Positions 18,842-28,670 are shown, counted from the stretch's first letter. The stretch is DNA of 64,000 nucleotides from an uncultured Actinomycetes bacterium (GCA_963797635.1 CAWCPZ010000011.1:563248-627247), one strand, 5' to 3'. Translations and numbers: made by a program. The notes: generated by a model not told the origin, from the letters alone.

Positions 18842-19250
18842 TCAACGGCTCGTGGGCAGGACGGCCACGAGGTCGACTTCGATCAAGGCTTCAGGCATGA
18901 CCAGCGCCACGACCTGCACCGCCGTGCTCGCCGGCGGTTCCTCCGGCAGGTAGCGAGCGCGCACCTCCCGCACCTCGGGGAATCCTTCGAGCGTGGTCAC
19001 GAAGGTCTGGATCTTGACGACGTCCTCGAATGACGCACCGTGCGCCTCGAGGATGTGGACCAGGTTCTCGAAGACCTGCTCGGTCTGTGCGGCCATGTCG
19101 CCCGACCCCGACCAGCACGCCGTCGCGGTCGAGGGCGAGCTGGCCCGAGACGAACAACCACCGGACCTCACCGGCCTCGACCACCGCGGCGTGGGAGTAG
19201 GTCCCGACCGGTGGCGCCACCGATGAGGGGTTCGAACGGATCGATCGCAT
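18842..19250 (-). pseudogene. RidA/YjgF family (reactive intermediate deaminase) protein, frame break near 19100
   Basis: The N-terminal part (MRSIRSNPSSVAPPVGTYSHAAVVEAGEVRWLFVSGQLALDRDG) is in ORF 18891..19250. The C-terminal part (DMAAQTEQVFENLVHILEAHGASFEDVVKIQTFV...IEVDLVAV) is in ORF 18842..19171. Confidence 0.75.
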
Positions 19251-19292
19251 CAGTCACCTCCTGTGGTGCACCGTACTTCGTGGTGCGCTGGC

Positions 19293-20475
19293 TCACGAGC
19301 GAGCATCCCACCGGACCCAGAGGGAGTCCGGCGCTCGGAACTCCCAGCCGCTCAGCGTCACCGGCCGGTCGGGGTCGAGCCGGAGGCCGGGCAGCCCGTC
19401 GAGCAGCAGATCCAGCGACACCCTCGAGAGGTACCTGCCGAACCACGCCCCCAAACAGAAGTGGGTGCCGATCGCGAAGGCCAGGTGCGCGCCCTCCTTG
19501 CGATGCACGTCGAACCGATCGGGATCGGTCCAGCGACGAGGATCACGGTTCGCCGACGACAGGACGGCGCCCAGCAACGCCCCTTCGTCCAGCGGCACTC
19601 CCGGCGAGCTCGGTGGCGCCCGTGGTCTGGCGGGTCGACGTCCCCACCGGCCCGGCCCAGCGCAGGGTCTCCTCCACCGCGGCCTTGACCAGGGAACGGT
19701 CGCCCCGGACCTCCTCGAGCTGGTCCGGGTGCGTCCCCAGCGCCCACAGGGTCAACGCGATGACGTCCCGCGGTTCCTGCAAGCCGCCGGAGAGCATCAG
19801 CTTCGTGTTGGCGACGATCTGGTCCCGCGTCATGCGGCGACCGTCCTGCTCGTGGTGCAGCATCCACGACAGGACGCTGCCGTCGGGTTCGGCGTCCAGG
19901 CGATCCAGCACCTCGCCGATCGCCGCTCCGAGCGCGGCGCTGGCGTCATCGGCCGGCGCCTGCTTCGCCGGGTCACCCTCGAAGTTCGCCAGACCCGGCA
20001 TCAGCCCTTCGTTCCAGCGGAGGATGTCCTGCCAGGGCACGTCCTGCAGGCCCAGCATGAAACAGAGGCTCTGCACGCTCATCGGGTCGGCGTAGGCACG
20101 GAACAGGTCGGCCTCACCGTCGGCGGCGAACCCCTCGATCAGCTCCTGCGCCAACCGGGGGATCATGCCCCGCGTGCGTTCCTCGACGTCCCGAGGACGG
20201 AACGGCGTCTCGGTGATGGCCCGGAGCCACGCCTGCTCCGGACCCTCCATGCCCAGCATGTTCTCGCCCATCGTGCGATTCAGGGTCGACGGCGTGGTGG
20301 CGGCGGTGAACACCTCGGGTGCGAGGTCGACGTGGCGCACGTCGTCGTGCCGGGTGACGAGCCACAGCCCGACCGCCGGCACCCAGCTCACGGGTTCGTC
20401 CTCGCGGAGCGCGGCGTAGATCGGATAGGGGTCACGCTCGAGCGCCTCGAGCGTGATGGACTCCCCGATCGACAT
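19293..20475 (-). pseudogene. Cytochrome P450, frame break near 19598-19603
   Basis: The N-terminal part is in ORF 19543..20505. ATG 20475 is preferred because GGGGAG lies 6 nt upstream (sequence MSIGESITLEALERDPYPIY...). The I-helix-like segment is MLSGGLQEP and the EETLR motif is present. The C-terminal part is in ORF 19293..19598 and carries the heme loop FAIGTHFCLGAWF. Confidence 0.8.
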
Positions 20476-20528
20476 CGCCTGCTCCCCGGCCCGTCCGCTC
20501 CGCATCGCCCCGCGTTCGGCGACGGGGT

Positions 20529-20558
20529 ATTTTGTGCCCGAACGATTCGCCCGCGCAA
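20529..20558 (-). promoter_or_regulatory. Candidate promoter of the P450 gene at 19293..20475 (TTGCGC-N18-CAAAAT, with TCGTTCGG in the spacer)
   Basis: Read on the minus strand. Same architecture and a 16/19-nt identical core as the site upstream of the second P450 gene (22802..22831). Function not tested. Confidence 0.35.
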
Positions 20559-20637
20559 ACCGCTGCCACTCGGGCTACGGTTCGGCGCGGAGCGCGGCTC
20601 GTCCGATGCACGACCGGAACCGCCGAGGGGGAAACGG

Positions 20638-21945
20638 ATGGACCTGAACGGCAAGCGCCTGCGGCTGTTGTATCCCGACATCCACGGGCTGGAGCGAGGC
20701 AAGTACCTGTTCGGCAAGGTGGCGGAATCGGGCCACGCGGCGTTCTGTGTCGGCGTCTATCCGCTCACGCACGATCGCGAGATCCTCATGGTGCCGAACA
20801 CGCAGTTCGACGTGGGGCTGCCCGACATCGATGTGGAGCTCGACCGCGAGTCGCTCCGTCCGAGCTGGGAACCCGAGACCGTGATCGGCATCGGCGACGT
20901 CCACTATCAAGGCGGTCCGGCGGTGCTGGACCCACGCCACGCCCTGCATCGAGCCGTCGAAGCCTGGCGATCGATGGGCCTGGAACCGCAGATCAGCTTC
21001 GAGCTCGAGTTCTACCTGATGGAGCCCGACGGCGGCGGCGGATGGCGGCCGGTCTCGCTGCCGGGCCATCGCGTCTACGGGACGGGCATGTCCGTCGACC
21101 CCACCGGCTGCGTCGAGGACATGGTCACGACCGCGCTGGCGTGCGGCTTCCCCGTGGAGAGCTGGAGCAGCGAGTACGACGAGTCCGCCTACGAGGTGAA
21201 CATCCGCTACAACGACGCGCTCCCCGCGGCCGATGACGCGTTCGTGTTCCGGTTGCTGATCCGCGAGATCGCCGAGCGCAACGGCAAGCTCGCGACGTTC
21301 CTGGGCCGGCCGCTCGCCGACCGCGGCGGCAGCGGGATGCACGTGAACTTCAGCTTCCGTCGTGAGGACGGCTCGAACGCGTTCCACGACCCCAACGATC
21401 CGGAAGGGCTCTCGACCCTGGCGCGGCAGTGCATCGCGGGGGTGCTCGAGCATCACGCCGGGATGGCGGCGCTCATGGCCCCGCACGTGAATGCCTACAA
21501 GCGGCTGCAGCCCGACATGTTGAACGGCTACTGGGGGAACTGGGGGCACGACGACCGCTCCGTGTCGGTCCGCGTGCCGCCGGCGCGTGGCGAAGGAACG
21601 CGCCTGGAGCAACGGACGGCCGACGCAGCCGCCAACCCGTACCTGGTGGGGGCGGCCGTGTTGCACGCGGCCCGCTTCGGCGTCGAGGACGAGATGGAGC
21701 TGAGGCCGCCACAGCCGGTCGGTGACGATCCCGACACCGACGTGCGGATCCCCGCGAACCTGGACGCGGCGCTGAAGGTCTTGAACGGCGACCAACGGCT
21801 GGTCGAGGCCATGGGCACGGAGCTGATCGAGGCGTTCACCATCCTCAAGCGGGGCGAATGGGAGCGCTACATGGGGGCGAACCAGGAGACCGACACGACC
21901 GAGGTCACCGATTGGGAGCTTCGGTACTACCTGCCGTACCACTAG
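20638..21945 (+). CDS. Glutamine synthetase family protein (GlnA-like; gamma-glutamyl-amine ligase type)
   Basis: In-frame ATG 20638 of ORF 19465..21945. 435 aa with SFELEFYLM, the SGMHVNFS motif, NAYKRL and RVP...RLEQRTADAAANPYL, typical of the GS catalytic domain. It lacks the length and regulatory loop of canonical GSI. Confidence 0.85.
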   Translation: MDLNGKRLRLLYPDIHGLERGKYLFGKVAESGHAAFCVGVYPLTHDREILMVPNTQFDVGLPDIDVELDRESLRPSWEPETVIGIGDVHYQGGPAVLDPRHALHRAVEAWRSMGLEPQISFELEFYLMEPDGGGGWRPVSLPGHRVYGTGMSVDPTGCVEDMVTTALACGFPVESWSSEYDESAYEVNIRYNDALPAADDAFVFRLLIREIAERNGKLATFLGRPLADRGGSGMHVNFSFRREDGSNAFHDPNDPEGLSTLARQCIAGVLEHHAGMAALMAPHVNAYKRLQPDMLNGYWGNWGHDDRSVSVRVPPARGEGTRLEQRTADAAANPYLVGAAVLHAARFGVEDEMELRPPQPVGDDPDTDVRIPANLDAALKVLNGDQRLVEAMGTELIEAFTILKRGEWERYMGANQETDTTEVTDWELRYYLPYH

Positions 21946-21966
21946 ATGGATGGCGGAGGGCGATCG

Positions 21967-22769
21967 ATGCGGCTCGAAGGCAAGGTGGCGATCGTCAGCG
22001 GTGGCGGTTCGGGGATCGGCGCCGCAACCGCTCGCAGGTTCGCCGACGAAGGGGCGAAGGTGGTCGTCACCGGGAGACGGCCGGAACCGTTGCTCGCGGT
22101 CGCGGACGAAACGGGGGGCCTGGCGTTCCCGGGCGATACCACCGACCCTGGCCATGCCGCACGCCGCGGTGATGGCCGCGTCCGAGGCCTTCGGAGGACT
22201 CGACATCGTGGTGGCCAACGCCGGAGTTGGGTTCGGGGGGACGGCGGCATCGGTCACCGATGAGGAATGGCTGCGCACCCTGGACGTGAACGTCACCGGA
22301 GCCATGCGCCTGGCTCGAGCCGCGATCCCGGCGATGGCCGATCGCGGCGGCGGCTCGATCGTGCTCGTGTCCTCGGTCTCCGGCGTCGTGTCGTCACCCT
22401 CGAGCGCCGCATACGTCACGTCGAAGGCCGCATTGATCGGGTTGGCCACGCGCGATCGCCGTCGATCACGCGCCGCAGGGGATCCGGTGCAACGCGCTGT
22501 GCCCGGGGTGGGTCCGAACGGCCATGGGCGATGCCGCCATGGAGGAACTCGCCACCGCCCGGGGCGTGGATCTGGACGCGGCCTACGCCATCGTGACCGG
22601 CCCGATCCCGATGCGGCGCGCCGCCAGCCCCCAGGAGATCGCGGCCTGTGCCGCGTTCCTGGCGAGCGACGATGCTTCCTACGTGACGGGAACCAGCCTG
22701 TTCGCCGACGGCGGCCTTCTCGCGGTCGACCCGGGTGGATTGGCGTTCGAAGGGATGGAAGCGCCGTGA
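21967..22769 (+). pseudogene. SDR family oxidoreductase, two frame breaks (near 22155-22160 and 22445-22450)
   Basis: Three consecutive frames: [37 protein letters not shown] (ORF 21946..22263), then [21 protein letters not shown]...SSAAYVTSKAALIGLA (ORF 21950..22825), then RAIAVDHAPQGIRCNALCPGWVRT...YVTGTSLFADGG (frame of ORF 22524..22769). Contains TGxxxGxG, NAG and YxxxK. An alternative ATG lies at 21946. Confidence 0.8.
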
Positions 22770-22801
22770 CCGTCTCGGCCGACTTGGGGCCTCCAGACGG
22801 G

Positions 22802-22831
22802 TTGCCCGTGAAGGTCGTTCGGTAGCAAAAT
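22802..22831 (+). promoter_or_regulatory. Candidate promoter of the P450 gene at 22881..24147 (TTGCCC-N18-CAAAAT, with TCGTTCGG in the spacer)
   Basis: An AT-rich CAAAATAC is preceded at a fixed distance by TCGTTCGG, duplicating the element at 20527..20545 (opposite strand). It lies about 45 nt upstream of the start codon. Confidence 0.35.
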
Positions 22832-22880
22832 ACTTTCGCTGCGCGTGCGCGTCGAGAAGCTGACGGGAGTCGACCCATGA

Positions 22881-24147
22881 GTGAAGTGTCAGGGACTGTC
22901 TCGAAGGGCGCTCGGCGACATCGACCTGGTGAACCCCGACAACTACGTCGATGGCGTGCCGTTGGAGTGGTTCGACCGGCTTCGCGACCGACCATCCCGT
23001 GATCTGGCACCCCGAGCCGTCGCCGAACCACGGCTTCTGGGCGGTCACGCGCTACGACGACCTCACCGCGATCCACATGGACTGGGAGACCTTCTCGTCC
23101 GAGACCGGCGCGGTCTCGCTCGAGGAGCTCGACGCCGAACAGCTCGAGATCCGCAAGTCGATGCTCGAGACCGACCCCCCGCGCCACACCGAGCTGCGCA
23201 AGATCTGCTCGAAGCGGTTCAGCGCCCGCGGCGTGGGCAAGTACGAGGACTGGATCCGCGAGGTGGCCAGCGACGTGCTCGACCAGGCCCTGCCGAAGGG
23301 CGAGTTCGACTTCGTCAGCGAGATCAGCCGCGATCTGCCGATCCGGTTCCTGTGCTCGATCTTCACGGTGCCGCAGGAGGATGCGCCGAAGCTGATCGGG
23401 TGGGGCGACAACATGATCGCCAACCAGGACCCCGACCTGTCGGCCGCCGTCGTGGACAAGGTCGACACCGAGGCCTACCGCCTGTTGCCGTTCCGCTCCC
23501 CCACCGCGCTCGACGTGTTCGCCTACGCCGACGCGCAGCGGGACCTGCGCGTCGCCGAACCCGCCGACGACGTGCTGCAGGCCCTCACGATCGCCCAGTC
23601 CGAAGGCGTGCTCAACGAGCAGGAGTTCCACAACTACTTCGGGGTGCTGATGATCGCCGGCAACGAGACCACGCGGCACACGATCAGCCACGGCATGCTG
23701 GCGCTGATGCAGCATCCCGAGCAGCTCCAACTGCTCCGCGACCAGCCGGAGCTGATCCCGAACGCCACCGAGGAGATCCTGCGGTGGGCGACGCCCGTGC
23801 TGCACTTCCGGCGCACGGCCACGCGCGACGTCGAGCTGCGCGGCCAGCAGATCAAGGCCGGGGACAAGGTGGTGACCTGGTACATCAGCGCGAACCGCGA
23901 CCCCGAGATGTTCGCCGATCCCTACACGTTCGACGTGACGCGCACGCCGAACGACCACGTGACGTTCGGGCCGGGCGGACCGCACTTCTGCCTGGGGGCG
24001 CACCTCGCGCGCCTCGAGACGAAGATCCTGTTCCAGGAGTTGATCCCGCGCCTCGACACGATCGAGCTGACCGGGCCGGTCGAGCGCATCCGCTCGAACT
24101 TCGTGAACGGCATCAAGCGGATGCCGGTGCGCGTCACCACGCGCTAG
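22881..24147 (+). pseudogene. Cytochrome P450, frame break near 22997-23001; start unresolved (GTG 22881, or ATG 22877 in a third frame)
   Basis: The N-terminal part (ALGDIDLVNPDNYVDGVPLEWFDRLRD) is in ORF 22881..24281. The rest (DHPVIWHPEP...AGNETTRH...EEILRW...FGPGGPHFCLGAHLA) is in ORF 22951..24147. GGGAG lies 7 nt before ATG 22877. Confidence 0.8.
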
Positions 24148-24160
24148 CCCGACGCCCCCC

Positions 24161-25102
24161 ATGCTGCCCCCGCGCCTGGTGCTGGTGCTCAGCGAGAACC
24201 ACACGCTGGTGCCACCACGTGACTTGCGAGGCCTGGTCGAGGTCGCCGTCGAAGCCGAACGAGCCGGGTTCGACGGGGTGATGGTGAGCGAGCACATCGT
24301 CCTGGGTCGGGGCGCCGATGCCGACGGAGTGCCCGCGAATCCCAGGGACTACGCGCTTCCGGGCAATCAGGACCCGGCCACACCGTGGCCGTCATCGCTC
24401 CTGCTGCTGGCAGCGGTCGCATCGGCGACGACGAGGCTGCGGCTGATCGCGAGCGCCGTGATCCCTCCCCTGCGCCACCCGCTGCTGATCGCGAAGGACC
24501 TCGCCACACTCGACCTGTTGTAGTGAAGGCCGGCTCGTGGTGCAGCCCACGGTGAGCTGGCACCGCGCCGAATACGACGCCTTGGGCGTCCCCTTCGAGA
24601 CCGGGGCCGGCGTCTCGATGAGCACCTCGATGGCGTGGGCGGCGCTGTGGCGAGGTTCGCCGGCGACCTTCGAAGGTGAGTACTACGCGTTCGATGACGT
24701 CTGGCTCGAGCCGAAGCCGTTCCGTGCCGACCGGGCCGAGGCTGTGGTTCGGCGGTCAACGGCTGCACGACCGGCTCCTGCAACGTCTCGTCACGTTCGG
24801 TCACGGATTCAACCCGCTGGGACGACCGAGCGATGAGGAACTCGAGCGGCTCGCGGCGGCGATGGCCGATGCCGGCCGCGATGCGGCCGACCTCGAGATG
24901 GTCGGCGGCACGCGCGGTTCGTTCCCCGACGCGGACAGCCCGGCGCCGCTGGGCGCTGCCCTCGATCAGATCCCGGATCAGGTGGCGCGAGGGTTCGGCA
25001 CGATCTGCATCAAGCCCGGACAGTTCACCGACGACCGGGCCGAGATCCCGGGATCTGCTGCAGCGCATCGTCGACGGTACGGCCGCCAGGACCTCTGCCT
25101 AG
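24161..25102 (+). pseudogene. Luciferase-like (LLM class) flavin/F420-dependent oxidoreductase, three frame breaks (near 24520, 24730, 25048)
   Basis: Four consecutive frames: ORF 24161..24523 (GFDGVMVSEHIVLG...LRHPLLIAKDLATLDLL), ORF 24537..24836 (SEGRLVVQPTVSWHRAEYDALGVPF...), ORF 24676..25740 (GPRLWFGGQRLHDRLLQRLVTFGHGFNPLG...ICIKPGQFTDD) and ORF 24833..25102 (RDLLQRIVDGTAARTSA-stop). Confidence 0.75.
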
Positions 25103-25117
25103 TCTGGTTCAGACTAG
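25099..25117. terminator. Perfect palindrome CTAGTCTG-GTT-CAGACTAG between convergent genes; the stop codon of the + strand gene lies inside the stem
   Basis: Seen directly. TAG 25100-25102 ends the LLM gene. The MarR gene's stop also lies inside the palindrome (its 3' end is placed at 25109). A near-identical copy lies at 54396..54412. Confidence 0.45.
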
Positions 25118-25649
25118 TGGCGGCCGTCGGCGGCGTCGGCCGTCGGGCACGGCTCGCAGCAGCGAACGGAGCATGGCGGCCAGGCTGTCCTGCTGGTCGC
25201 GGACAGGTGCGCGCGACCGCCGACTCCTCGGCGTTGAACTTGGGGAACAGTCCCTCGATCGTCGTCCGGCCCGACGGCGTCAGCTCGACGATCACCATGC
25301 GACCGTCCTTCGCGTCCTTGCGCCGGGTGACGAAGCCACGCGATTCGAGGGTCGTCATCACGCCGGTCGCCGTCGGGCGGCTGATCCCCACCGCCGCCGC
25401 GAAGTCCCGCGCCTCCATCTCGCCCCACACCCACAGCACCCACAGGCCGACGAACGAGGTCCAGCTGAGGCGGTCGGCGGCCAGCACCTTCGCTTCCATG
25501 TGCCGGCGGATCGCGGTCGAGCTGCGGAACAGGTTCGAGACCGCCCACATCGCGCGGAAGTCCAGCGGCAGGTGGCCGAGCTCCTCGACGATCTTGCGTT
25601 CGGCGGGCAGGAGGCCGTCGGCGCCGATGCGGTTCGGGCGATCGCTCAT
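25109..25649 (-). pseudogene. MarR family transcriptional regulator (HpaR-like by context), frame break near 25195-25215
   Basis: ORF 24978..25649 gives MSDRPNRIG...DRLSWTSFVGLWVLWVWGEMEARDFAAAVGISRPTATGVMTTLESRGFVTRRKDAKDGRMVIVELTPSG. The expected C-terminal helix (RDQQDSLAAMLRSLLRAV) appears only after skipping one nt. ATG 25649 overlaps the upstream stop (ATGA). Confidence 0.75.
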
Positions 25650-27079
25650 GCCGCGCTCCCCGTGCGAGCGAGGCGCTCGCCGAGCTCACGCGCGACGTCG
25701 AGCAGGGCCAGCACGTCGTCCTCGGTGGTGCGGAAGTTGACGAAGCACGGCCGCAGCCACACCTCGCCGTCGATCAGGGCCGACGACAGGTAGACGCGGC
25801 CATCGGCCTGGATCGCGTCGGCGAGCGCCTGGTTGTGCGCGTCGAGGTCGGCGACGCCCGGCGGGCACGTGGCGGATCGGCACGATCGACAGTTGCGGGG
25901 GCGCCTCCATGACCTCGAAGTCCTCGGTCGTCTGCGCGTGGCGGTACAACAGGTCCGCCTCGGCCAGGTTGCGTTCGATCGCGTCGCGGAACTGCGCCGC
26001 GCCGTGCGCCCGGAACGCCAGCCACATCTTCAGGGCGCGGAACGGCCGCGAGTACTCCAGCGTGATGTCGACGGCGTGCAGCTCGTGCTGCTGGTGCGGC
26101 AGGTAGCCCTGTTCGTGCGCGAACGCGGCGGCGAGGGCATCGTCGTCCCTCACCAGGACGACGCCGCAGGCCTTCGGCAGGTACAGCCACTTGTGAGCGT
26201 CGACCGAGCACGAGTCGGCCCGCGAGAAGCCCGCGAACCCCGCCGCGCGCGACTCGGTGGCCGCCGCCGGCAGACCGTAGGCGCCGTCGACGTGGAGCCA
26301 CACGCCACGCGCCTCACACACGTCGGCGATCTCCTCGAGCGGGTCGATCGCGCCCGTGAGCGTGGTGCCGGCCGTCGCGATCACCGCCATCGGGCGTGAT
26401 GCCCGCCGCGATGTCGGCATCGATCGCCTCGGCGAGGGCGTCGGGCCGCATCCGGCGGAGCCCGTCGAGGTCGACCGCGCGCAGGTTGTCCGAGCCCATC
26501 CCCAGCAGCTCGACCGCCCGCATCACGGAGTAGTGGACCTCCTTCGAGCAGTAGACGGCGACGCGCCGCCCGCCGAGCCCGGTGTGGCGGGATCCCGGCA
26601 TCGCGCGTTCGCGGGCGGCCGCCAGCGCGCTCACGTTGCTGATCGTGCCGCCGCTCGTGAACGCGCCACCCGTGGCCGGGAACCCGATGAACTCCGCGAC
26701 CCAGCGAACGGCCTGATCCTCGACCTGCGTCGCCGCGCGGGCATCGACCGCCAGGTTGATGTCGTAGGTGTGGGCCAGGAAGTCGGCGAGGGCACCGATC
26801 TCGAGGCCGCTCGAGCCGATGAACGCGAAGTAGCGAGGCCTCGCCTGCGCGATCGACTCGTCGAGGATGCGCGCGGCGTCATCGAGCGCCTCGTGCGACC
26901 GGGCTCGGACCCGAAGGCAGGCCCGCTTCGAGGAGCCGCCGCACGCGATCGTCCAGCGGCGGCTCCTCGGGCCGGAACCGGTCGAAGCTGCGCCAGGCCT
27001 CGGTGACCAGCCGGACCGCGTGCTCGAGCGCCTCTTCGCGAGGCGCATCGAGCCGCAGCGGCCGGTCGGGTTGCGTCAT
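25646..27079 (-). pseudogene. Pyridoxal-dependent (group II) amino-acid decarboxylase, three frame breaks (near 26896, 26398, 25862)
   Basis: Four consecutive frames: ORF 26879..27079 (MTQPDRPLRLDAPREEALEHAV...), ORF 26314..27048 (SHEALDDAARILDESI...TSGGTISNVSALAAARE...), ORF 25686..26420 (MAVIATAGTTLTGAIDPLEEIADVC...SVDAHKWLYLPKACG, the PLP-lysine motif), then a tail PGVADLDAHNQALADAIQADGRVYLSSALIDGEVWLRPCFVNFRTT. Confidence 0.8.
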
Positions 27080-28591
27080 AGCGCAGATGGTACGCAGAAC
27101 TCAGGAAGCCCCGACATCCTCCGAATGGAGGTCACCGAGCACCTCGCTCGCGGGCGCCCGCCGCCCATCACCATCGTGACGATCGCTCCGATCACCGAGC
27201 CAGACCGAGCGCGAACCAGGGTGCCAGGACCGTCGGGCTGGTCTGCTTGTAGAACGACGCCGAAGATCGCCGCCGCCGGTGAGCGCGATACCGACGATCG
27301 AGGCGATGTACACCCCAGCCATGCTGCCGTGGTCTGACGAGCCCGCGGAACGCCCCGACCGACATCAGCAGGTAGACGACGACGAGCGCGAACCCGCCGA
27401 AGGTCGAGGCCCAGACGAAGATCGAGAAGTAGTGCGGGAGCTCCGGGAGGGCGAACAGGTCTTCCCAGAACTCGTTCAGCGGCGATGAACCCGGCCATGA
27501 CGACGATCATCAGCACGATCGCACCGATCGGCGTGCCGTACTTCTTCGACACGGAGGCCAGGCCGCCGGGAAGCCGACGGTCGCGAGCCATCGCGAAGAC
27601 GCCGCGGGTCGAGGCGGTCGCCGCACCCACGCCGACCGCGAGGATGTCGAGGAACACGACGATCACGAGGAGGTCGAGGATGAACGTCGATCCGTACCCC
27701 CCGGCGGCCTCGGGCGAGCCGAGCGCGAACAGCGGCGGCGGCAGCCGCGGCGAAGATGTTGTCCACGTTGAACCCGAAGCCCGCCACCTGCGCGTACGAC
27801 GCGATCAGGTAGAAGAGCGACACGACCACGACGGACGTCGAGCACGGCCTTGGGGATCGCTCGCTTCGGCTCCTGCGTTTCCTCCGCGAGGTTCGCCGCG
27901 GTCTCGAACCCGACGAAGATCAACACGCCGTAGAGCACCCCGAAGAAGATGCCCGGACCAGCCCGACGTCGAGGAGTTCGGGTTGAACGCCGTTGCCACA
28001 TCGTTGTCGCCGCCGACGTCGATGATCACCTTGATGAAGAAGGCCAGCACGACCGCCGCCGAGACCAGCGCCAGCGTCAATTGCACCCGGGTCGAGATCT
28101 GCACGCCGAAGTAGAGCACCACGAACACCAGCAGCGCGAAGAACGCGCTCCACGCCCAGATCGGCAGCGGAGACTCCGCGCTGAACACGCCGGGGACCGC
28201 AGGGTCGGACGTGAAGATCGAGTCGTGGATGTACCCGCCGATCAGCACGCCGAGGCCGGCCGTGAGCACCATGGTGCCGCTGTAGTACAGCCACCCGGCA
28301 GCGGCGCCCGACGTTGTTGCCCAGTCCGGCCGACACGTAGTCGTACAGCGAACCGGCGGCGTGGATCTTCTTCGCGTACTGCGCCACGATCCACCCGAGC
28401 GCGAACACGCCGATCGCCGCGATCAACACCGACAGCGGCGCGGCAACTCCCGCGCCCTTGGCGGCCACGTTCGCTCCCACGATCAGCGGGATGAGGAACG
28501 CGGCGGAGAACACCGGTCCCATGAAGCCGACGGACTGGGCGATCACGTCGACGAGCGAGAGCTTCGCCTCGCCGAGCCGTTCGTAGCCCAT
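27076..28591 (-). pseudogene. APC family amino-acid permease with at least 8 frame breaks
   Basis: ATG 28591 (MGYERLGEAKLSLVDVIAQSVGFMGPVFSAAF...). The protein is spread over ORFs 27920..28726, 27805..28272, 27663..28001, 27476..27829, 27076..27666, 27101..27322 and unlisted short frames. The frame steps by one nt each time, near 28290, 27975, 27840, 27735, 27480, 27335, 27275, 27255 and possibly 27215. The C-terminal end is not resolved. Confidence 0.75.
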
Positions 28592-28670
28592 GTCCTGTGA
28601 CTGACCTGGTTGGTCTGCCACTGGAGCCTCCCTTCCTGTTCGGTTCCCCCCGTCCGACCGGTCGCCGCAG

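Noticed and set aside
22877-22900. A second frame break at the very start of the P450 gene (ATG 22877 frame, then GTG 22881 frame)
   Set aside because: The ATG has the better Shine-Dalgarno spacing, but only about 10 codons would be involved and the N-terminus is not conserved enough to decide. GTG 22881 gives a continuous ORF without invoking another event.
20575-24297. 1240-aa ORF on the minus strand spanning 3.7 kb
   Set aside because: It is antisense to the GS-like, SDR and P450 genes, which carry clear family motifs. The product is R/P/G/A-rich low-complexity sequence with no motif. This is a typical shadow ORF of very GC-rich DNA, where stop codons are rare on the opposite strand.
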